A program made the position numbers and the translations under genes. A stretch of 64,000 bases of DNA from NCBI GenBank assembly GCA_012295275.1, contig CM022672.1, positions 35,154,001-35,218,000 on the forward strand. Reading direction: 5' to 3'. Origin of the DNA: Chrysomallon squamiferum. Its lineage: Eukaryota; Animalia; Mollusca. Below the pieces are notes generated by a model that was not told the origin of the DNA, did no database searches, and saw only the letters and a list, made by a program, of their open reading frames with translations. Position 1 is the first letter of the stretch. The number at the start of each line of letters is the position of its first letter. Positions 55,301 through 64,000 of the stretch are shown piece by piece.

Positions 55301-58092
55301 CTGGTTTGTAGCTGTGTGTATCACTCTACGCCAATCTCCACTGGTTTTTCCATCAACACCTCTTGAAACAAGTTTTTCATAACCCGGCAAATAAGAATTT
55401 TGATATGCAGTTTTATTCTGAGCTATGTTTACTGAAAAATAACATATATTTAAATGAACGAACGAATGAATGAATGAATAAATAAATGAGTAAAGTAAAC
55501 TGCTACTGCAGTACCACCAACATATATATGTATCTACAGTAAGTATTTAACAAATACTTTTTACAATCAAACATTTACAAAATAAATATATATAAAGCCT
55601 TTGGGAGGTTGAATTATTTAAATTATAACAATGAAAGTTTCAAATTCAGTAAATATAAATAATATTAGTACATATCATCAGTTATAAACATATTAAATAT
55701 AATTAACAATATTCACAATTAAATACAGATAATTTTATGGCTATCTTTCACACACCACTATACAAATATATACAAATAGTCTTATAACATGAATACACTG
55801 CACGGTAACTAAACAAGATGAGAGAGATCAAAAGAAAATAGAGTAGTCTGTGTTTTAGTAAAAATTTGTGTGTATATGTATGTTTATGTGCTTTCTTTTT
55901 AACAGACAGAAATGTAAAGATCAGAGCTGCAGAGAGAATGTGTGAGAGAAAGAAAGAGAAAGAGACAGAAAAAGATAAACAGAAATGGTAAAACAATAAC
56001 TTCAAAACAAAAAAAAAGTAAAAAAGAAAAGAAAGTAAAGAAACAACCAAAATTATGTTGAGGCAATAACTGCTGTTGGAGAATGGATGTTTTGGTTCAC
56101 CGTTAGGCTTATACATTATTACTTAACACAGAATATTCTCAACTAACTAAAATGTTTTATTTATGTATCTGTGGTTCTGTATCTGCCTAATATAAAAAGC
56201 AACAACAGCAAAAACAAACCCTGTTTTTCTCATTCATATTCATTTAACAATGTTTTTTTCTGATATCGAAGTAGTAGTCATCAATAATGAAGTAAAATTA
56301 ATTTGCTGTACTTCGTATTTAAAATATGCTGTCTCGTATAAAATATTATTAATTAATTAAACCCCCACACGTCCATCGATCCAACCTTCCACCCAAACAA
56401 ACACGAAATTAATAAATAAAACCAGATTCCTGTTCAACTTTATTATATTCAAAATATGTCCACGATATTTTACATATCTCATAAAACATTCAGTAATTTG
56501 TGGCTGAATTCATGACAAAATACAAGTGATTTGTTTCCTAATTGTTGATGAACTTTGACACTTGAAATGATAAAAATCTCAGTGGTTATGGCTAATTATC
56601 ATAATTAATATTATTTCTTCTACCAGTGACAGCGCTGATGTAGTTTTTACACTTCTCTACATGTATGTGAATAATTTACTGACGACAGACAGTCGCACAG
56701 ACACAACAAACTGTGACCTAACTTGAGTGAAATGACACAAATCTTCTGCTACAGGAAAAGTACAATTAACATTAAAGGAAGTATGTGTAGTGTATGTTTG
56801 TACGCGCTGTAATCATGATCTATAGAGTTTATGCTTTATAAATGAATATTCAAAACTGATGTTTATTCTGAGAAAAACTGAATATAAATATTTGTTGTTA
56901 ACGTGTGTGTATGTTATCAATGTTCTGTCCAAGTAAGTTAAATAAAGAAGAGTCATTAATATACTGATTAAAATATTTCTCTGTTTTTTTTTTTTTTTTT
57001 TTTGTTGTGAATTTATTTATTTGTTTATTTATTTATTTGTTTATTTATTTATTTACTTATTTGTGATGCTTAATATATGCAGTGAAATGAATCTATGTAT
57101 TTAAACTGTTTTAATAGATGAAGTTTGTTTGTGATGGTTTTCAAAACGCTGTATAATAAACAGGAGATTTACGACATATTTATATTTAAAAAATGAATGT
57201 TTGGTTATCATTAACTATCAATCTTTAAAAAAGTTAATTAACTAATTAATTAATTATTATTCATAACCATCACTAGCAAACGTGTAAGAAACCAATTTCT
57301 TCGATTACATATATATCTATACTTATGACAGTGTTTAAACAACAAAAACAATACAACCAAAGCTCGTCTTGTTTATGTTCAAATCGCTGTTTTAAAATGG
57401 TTTTCATATCTACTGAAACTTTATATCTTCTTGTAAACGATTTTTTTTCTTTTTTCTTTTTATTTATCTTTCCGTTACCAGCAACAGTTTAACGACAACA
57501 ACATCAGTGACAATAACGAAAACAGCAATAATGATAATGTTAATAACGAAAGAAGAAAAATAAATCTTATTTCCAAAATTCTTTTTAGAATGTTTATTTT
57601 GATTACAGAATGTTAAAACTTGATTTTGAAAAATAATAATTAACATTAAGACTTAATCAAATAACAGACTAGAAAATGAAAACATATCCACGTTGCCGCC
57701 ATTATCCGATGTAATAAATAAAGAAGTAAAGTTGTCTTACTTTGTAAAATGATAAAAACATTGTCAGTGAGATTTGTGAACACACTTCAAAAGAGAAAAC
57801 TAAACTTATCTTACTGTACTTTGTGAAATGATCAAAAAAAAACCCATTATCAGTCAGATTTGTGAACGATAGAGAACACACTTCAAGAGGAAGATTCAGT
57901 TCGTCTTTTGTTTTATTAAAATCTGTGGTGAAAACGCGACATATATGACTGAATGTTTGTGTGTATCTATGCGGTTTTTAGTCTGTCAACTGGTTTCTCT
58001 ATGTGTTATTTTTCTGTTTTATTTTTATTATTATTATTAATTGTTTATTCCAGTTTGGGTCAAACAAATAACACGGACACACACACAAAGAT

Positions 58093-58189
<97 letters not shown>

Positions 58190-59032
58190 TGAATGAGGCC
58201 GAAGGAAGGAATCAGAATAGCGAATCCAAATATTTTATTTTCAATCTTGTTACAGCAATTATTGCTTACATATCTTTGTTCCTTTATATTCTACTAACAG
58301 CATTGAGTCATTTAATCTAAAAGAGCGTCCTTACTTGAGTTAAATGAGGCAAGGTTTCACAAAGAGGAAAGCATAATTAAAGTTAAAGAACTATTCATAG
58401 TGCTATGTTTTGTACTTTCTACAGTGAAGATTAAAAGAGTTTACAGTTTATATAGACATTTTCATTACTGATGTTTTTTCTGCGAAACACAGAATGTAAG
58501 AGCTTGTTATCAACGTATACTAATGTAATCAAGTATCTCAAATTTGATCAAACTTGTATATCAAGTTCCTGTACGCTAAATAGTAAAGATAACTCATTTG
58601 ATAGTTTTGATAACACTATAACAATAAATAGCAAAGAATACGCATGACAATAATAATAAAAAACGAAATGAAAAAATAATCAACTTGAAAACATTATGTT
58701 ATTAATGGATATTTAAACCATTATTAATTAAGTTTTATTATTGTTGTTGTTGAAGTTGTTTATTTTTGAAGAACAAAACAATTAGAATAATAACACAATC
58801 CGAGCTGTTTACATCGATGTCGGTTTCATTGAAAAGTAACATCTTACTGGTATTCGAGTTGTCTAATTCTCTCAACAACATCAGTCATAATAACAAAAAC
58901 AATAAGAATAAGAATAATAATTGTAGTAATAGTAGTAATATTTTATATCTTACCATATCTGGCTGTTATCTGTCCTGACTGCAAAATTAAACAACAAACT
59001 AGAAACTGAAGACTTATCCAGCACCCAGCCAT
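47950..59032 (-). CDS. Gene 4: F-type lectin (first exon disrupted by a 47-bp array) + 4 EGF exons + TM + ITAM-like tail; pseudogene or exon-skipping variant
   Basis: Exons 58954-59032, 54050-55431 (207+1175 nt, stop at 55232-55234), 52737-52958, 51688-51831, 51344-51496, 50680-50832, 50152-50298, TM 48502-48610, tail 47950-48259 (ORF MALIIRKR..YEAF..YVN..YDKL..YEKIKQ*). Without the extra repeat units it is an open 507-aa frame. Confidence 0.8.
49921..50029 (-). pseudogene. Dead EGF exon ([13 protein letters not shown] type) in gene 4
   Basis: 5' third and acceptor deleted; donor GT changed to AT relative to 18549-18689. Confidence 0.8.
51792..52010. repeat. 72-bp tandem repeat (gene 4, 3 copies)
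   Basis: Same unit as 4629-4700. Confidence 0.9.
54103..55324. repeat. 47-bp minisatellite, 26 copies, derived from lectin exon sequence
   Basis: Unit TCTACTTCCCACCACGTGTAAGACTGGTTTGTATCTGTGTGTATAAC, period 47 from 54103; the last unit starts at 55278. Confidence 0.97.
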
Positions 59033-60659
59033 AGCGAAAATGTTTCGTAGAGAAACAAACCAGGAAGTAAAACTGCGAGTTGAAACAAGACTCAACCAGT
59101 GATAAAAACACCATCTCATATATTCTGTTACAAAGTTCATACAAACATGATTTGAACAGAGTATTGTAACTGTTAAATTACACACACTGAGGTTAAATTT
59201 GGATCCAGGAAAACAGGTTTCTACTCGTACTGAAATTAGGTCAGAACACACAGAACACTTTTCATATACATTCTCTTGTTATAATACCCCTGTGTTGTCT
59301 CCTGTTATATACGAATATATAGCATCATAGACTATACATATATATATATACAAACACACACAACTAACTGTGTATGTGCGTGTGTTTGTAACTGTGCGTG
59401 TGAGTGGATGTTGTATGACGCTAACTAAAGGTGTAGCGTGTGTAATTTGTTTATTCACTTTGTTACACTTTGACTGCGACCATACCGGGTTGAGCCGGTA
59501 GTCTACACTGCGCATGTCTGGCGCGGACTTTTCAGTGCCGTAGTTTTTACAATACACTTGACAGCTGTCTGTGTGTGTGTCAGTGTGCGTGTGTCTGTGT
59601 GCGTGTGTATAAATCAGTGAATACTGCTGAGACTTTTAAATGTAAAGAATTATCAGATCTAAAAGTGAAAGAAAAAGCTTAAGAACTGAGAGAATAAAAT
59701 AACTAAACAATTAAAAATAAAAGAATGAAAATAATTAATTAAAGCTTAATATCTCACGGCTAAAATACATGACTGTGTATAACATAAAATATTTGTACAA
59801 TAATGATAAGAGCGCTGCCCCATTTCTTAAACTTTATTTTAAATTAATTGTAAAACATGTTTATTTATTTATTTATTTTTTATTTATTTATTTTTTTTTT
59901 TCACTTAATATATTATTTATAGAGATACATAATGTGAAATGATTTTATTTATGAGGATTTTTTGACCTAGATCGATTGACTCAAACTATTGCTATGCCGT
60001 CACTATTCATGCGATAAAACAGATAATAATAAGAAGAATTGATGTATTTAATATAATATAAAAGTGTTATTAATACACCAAAGTATGTGAAAGAAATGCC
60101 ACAATCATACATAATCTTTTACTTCTCCGTAAGTTTTCTTTCAGACCTAACAGAGGACTAGGTCGAGTGTAGTGAAAACAGATCAGTTGACTCTTCTATA
60201 ACGAGACAAAAGTTTCAAGCTAAGAGGTCAGCACTTAATGTGATTCACAACACGTATCTAGGACAGGCATTCATGGATAATATTTGAAACGAACTGGTGG
60301 AGTTTGTACGCTGATCTATAATCTTTATTCATACGTATGCTAGGCTACAGCTATTTCTTTTTTATCAGCATAAGCACTGTACATATATCTGTGTATTTTA
60401 GTATTGAATATTCTCTGTCCTATGTACGTCTGATTAGACTGCACATAGGCAATGTTCGGGAACGTAGATATGTATGTGCGTGTGTGTGTTTGTGTGTGAG
60501 TTTGTGTGTGAGTTTGTGTGTAAATGTATGTGTGGATATATGCATATACATGTATGTACGTATGTATGTATGTATGTATGTATGCATGTATGCATGTTTC
60601 AGTTGCTTATAGCAAATCAGAGAAATATTAACAGTCTTTATTTGAAGACTCTTTTGATA

Positions 60660-63000
60660 AGAAGAATGGGGGGAGTAATGACACAGGTGTAAAATAGTAT
60701 GGCAGAGTCAGTGATCAGAAAAAGAGAAATTAACCTTCGAACAAAAATTATAGCTTAAGAAGCTGGGATGTGACAGTGATAGAGAGAAAAGAAAAGGAAA
60801 GAGACAGAGAAAAGAAAAGGCAAATCGTCAGTCTCTTCGGAAGTGGAGAAACTTAGATTCAGAAACGCACTGTGAATTTGTGTCCAGAAAACAGACTGTT
60901 TTTGATAAAACGACACTGGCAATGATTATGCCAATTTACGTGAATTAATCACTTTGGAAGAAGCGAAACATTGTACACCGGTAAATGTTTGGTTACATTT
61001 GGCAGATCAGGGCACAGAAACCTCTACAAGCTGCTGCTGTAGCTGCTGATAACTACGTCACAGAGTTGTGAGTCAAGATCTGCTAGGAATGTTGATGGTA
61101 ATCAAGAAAGGTTGTCAGGTAACTCTACATCAGTTAGGAAGTTTGGTTTGCCGAACAACGTAACTCTAATACTAGGTCAGGGATGTCAGTAAAGAGTAAC
61201 CTGTCAGCTGAGACAAAGTCTTTTCAACCAGGTTTTTATGATTGCACAATGAATAATCATGTTGTTCTGATTGCAAAATGAATAATCATGTTGTTTCAAA
61301 CTGTTATGCCAGAAAAAAACAAAATCGGAAAACTGTAGGTTTCATTAGAACAAAAAGTAATGACAACTTTTCAGAATTACCAGCGATGTATACTGAGAAC
61401 AAATATGTTAAATATATGTCAGACGGGGTAATATTTGTGATATATAATCAATTAGTTATCCTTCTAGGGTAATTTCCATGTTCCGAGACAGAGGAGCTTG
61501 TCAGAGCCTGATTCTAAAAGATGTCATAAGAGATTATTTAAAAACTGGCAACAGGCAAAAATATAATCATTGTCAGTTAGGGGAACGTGTACTACCTACC
61601 ATTCCACTACACCGACTTGTTATCAATTCACCCCAGTTTCTGGAGAGGTTACCTAGTTTACCGATAGAATTGTTGCTGGCGAAATTTCTTTCAGAGAGTT
61701 GTCGTGGTAACAAGTGCGCGACTTTACAGGTGTTAACTACTCCCATTTCAACCTATGAGGATGAAACTGATATTTCCGGACTGTGTTACTACAAGATCTC
61801 TGGCATGGGTAAATCTTTTAATTATTAAGTCATGAAAATGTGTCTGCGGATCATGTGGGGCGAACAAAAACGTAAGAGCAGATTGCATCAGATTTGTATT
61901 AGCTAGCAATATATCATGTCACAAAAGATTTGTCAAAAGTTGTGGGTGTGTCAGAACAATGGGAAAAAACCAAATCAAGTCATTTCCCCGGCACTCCTAT
62001 AACCACTCGACCGGGCTTTTCAAACGTTTTAGTAGTCAGAACTAGCCATGGTATTGAATATCTGATAACAATAATGTGTGTGAATACTAGGTTCCCAAAG
62101 GCAATTCCATTACATAAGATAACAGCTGGTATGGTGACAAAAGCGCTGATGAAATATTTCACGATTTGTTGACCAGATGAAATTCAGTCTGATCAAGACT
62201 CAAATCTCATATCGAAATTGTTTCACCAAGTCATGTTTCTATTAGGAATACGTCAGGTTAGTACGTATCACCCTAATTTACATGGTCAAGATTGGAATCA
62301 TACCCTATGAACTGGCTGCTAGAGATTCAAAACAAGAATTACTTGATTTCTCCCCACTCGATTTGATATATGGGCACACTGCCAAAGGTCCCTAAAGTCG
62401 AGGTAAGTCGACAAGATTTGGGCATATTAATCTGTTGAAGGCTAATCAAGATCAGGCTCCGACGACCAAGTTAACCAGATAGAAATATCTGTTCATCAAC
62501 CAGATTTTGTAACTTTCCCAGCACGAATGACATCTCTCTTACATAAGGGTAACAAATTCAGCTGGGAATTAAAGAATATGCTCTGTAAAGCACATATAAC
62601 GGCAGCACCCAAACAGCAGCAACCATTCAATCTGGTTGTAGATGCTAGTGATGCTGGTTCTGGGGCACGTCAGTTTCAAGAAGTTTCAGTGTGCCAGACA
62701 ACGCAATAATTTCAAGAAAATTTAATATCAACTTAATTATTCAATGCAGAAAAGGAAGCTTTTGGAATGATTCAAGCCTTGAAACATTTTCAAGTGTACG
62801 TGAAGTCACACTTCAACCAGTAACTGTCTATACGCATCATAATCCCGTTACTTTCATAAATCGTATGAACAAAACTAATCAAGGAGTTTAACATTGGAGT
62901 TTAATCTTTCAGGAGTACCCAGTTACCGTAAAGCATAGTGCTGCAACTAACAACACCATTGCGGGTGCTCTTTCAAAAATAATGTTGTTTTCCCTTGCTT
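60660..63000 (+). mobile_element. Decayed Ty3/gypsy LTR retrotransposon, Gmr1-like domain order (gag-PR-INT-RT-RNaseH)
   Basis: Gag-like AAVAADNY (~61030-61060), protease-like FRDRGACQSLI (61478+), integrase RFPKAIPL..TKALMKYF..PDEIQSDQ..YHP..FSPLDLIYGH (62080-62390), then RT-RNaseH PFNLVVDASDAGSGA, VYTHHNPVTF, WSLIFQEY..NTIAGALS (62530-62975). Many stops and frameshifts. Confidence 0.85.
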
Positions 63001-63154
63001 GTGTCTTTTGTTTAGGGTTATAGGCTTGATGTCTATTGTCAACCCATTGGGAAACCAGGGAAGTAATAACTAACATCTTACTGAAGCTGAAACATTGATA
63101 TCGTTACTCTTTTTCTCCAATGTTTGACATATTATGTATTATATACCTTGCTTC

Positions 63155-63213
<59 letters not shown>

Positions 63214-63295
63214 GTGCTTTTTTCTATTATATTATAAGATTCCAGAAAATGTTCATACCTGAGATTTCCTATTTGTTTCTAAATTTATGGAAAGG

Positions 63296-63648
63296 TGTTT
63301 CACGGAATTCAGATTGCGTAACAAATTTATCTTTCTGACACTTTAGCACTCTTAATTTCTGCAACCAATGTATGCACTCTACGGGTTTGTTTTAAAGATT
63401 TGGCACTTGGTAAATAAAGAGAGAAGGACAAGTCCAACACGAGCGCTCAGTCAGGTGAGGAACCAGAGTTTTTCAATGAATTTGTCTTTAAAGACGAGTA
63501 TGGGAAGCCATTGTCTGCTCTTATTTTGATAGATTATAATTTGCAATTGACCTCCGTCAGTAACATTTAATATTAATAAAATTTTAAGTTTTTAATCTGC
63601 CCTCCGTGCAGATTCTTATTTTATCTTGGTTCCCCTTATGACGTTACT
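63296..63648 (+). mobile_element. Possible 3' LTR remnant of the gypsy element
   Basis: Follows purine-rich GGAAAGG, starts TG, contains AATAAA (~63575) and ends CGTTAC; no matching 5' LTR seen. Confidence 0.35.
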
Positions 63649-64000
63649 CGTATCATAAATCAAAATTATTTAAAATTATACTTTATATATAATTATTATC
63701 AATTCATCTTTATATCGCAATTACTTAGTTCATAATAACATAGCACTTACAACTCATGTTTATCATAATAATTTACATCTTGTTGCTTTATTAATCTCTG
63801 ATATCAGTTCATGAGTTCTTCTAACTCGTCTGTGTCAGTTATGTGAGGCGCCATGAACATAAACAAAACAACACATTTTTTTTAGTTTATTATGATTCGT
63901 TCATTCAAATCTTTCCTAACTGGTTAGTGTCGGTCTGAAGAATGTACTCTTCATTAGACGATGGCAGTCATCATAATTTCTCTCCAATAAATAAAAGTAG

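Noticed and set aside
54103-55324. CRISPR-like regular array
   Set aside because: Contiguous 47-bp units with no unique spacers, derived from an exon, in a eukaryotic context with no cas genes.
59480-59560. GC-richer patch with TGCGCATG (NRF1-like) upstream of gene 4
   Set aside because: Single partial motif in a copy-specific insertion; nothing else supports a promoter call.

Overview
AT-rich, microsatellite-rich, intron-containing animal DNA; a mollusc-like invertebrate is inferred from gene architecture and is not proven. The window is a head-to-tail tandem cluster of four paralogous minus-strand genes for single-pass receptors: signal-peptide exon ([18 protein letters not shown]), a two-exon F-type lectin (fucolectin/FTP) domain, a variable run of phase-1 MEGF10/Draper-type EGF exons, then a TM exon. 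Their cytoplasmic parts differ. Genes 2 and 4 end in a short tyrosine-motif tail (ITAM-like YDKL-x10-YEKI in gene 4). Gene 3 ends in tandem protein-tyrosine-phosphatase domains (D1 with KNRY/WPD/HCSAGIGR; D2 catalytically dead). This looks like an invertebrate paired activating/inhibitory lectin-receptor locus. The copies differ by exon duplication and deletion, exon-derived minisatellites (47 bp inside the lectin exon, 72 bp across a splice acceptor), a local inversion and apparent exon-limited homogenisation. Gene 1 runs off the left edge, a 200-N gap probably hides gene 3's lectin exons, and a decayed Gmr1-like gypsy element lies at about 60.7-63.6 kb. All gene models were read by eye from GT-AG sites and exon phase; there is no expression evidence.
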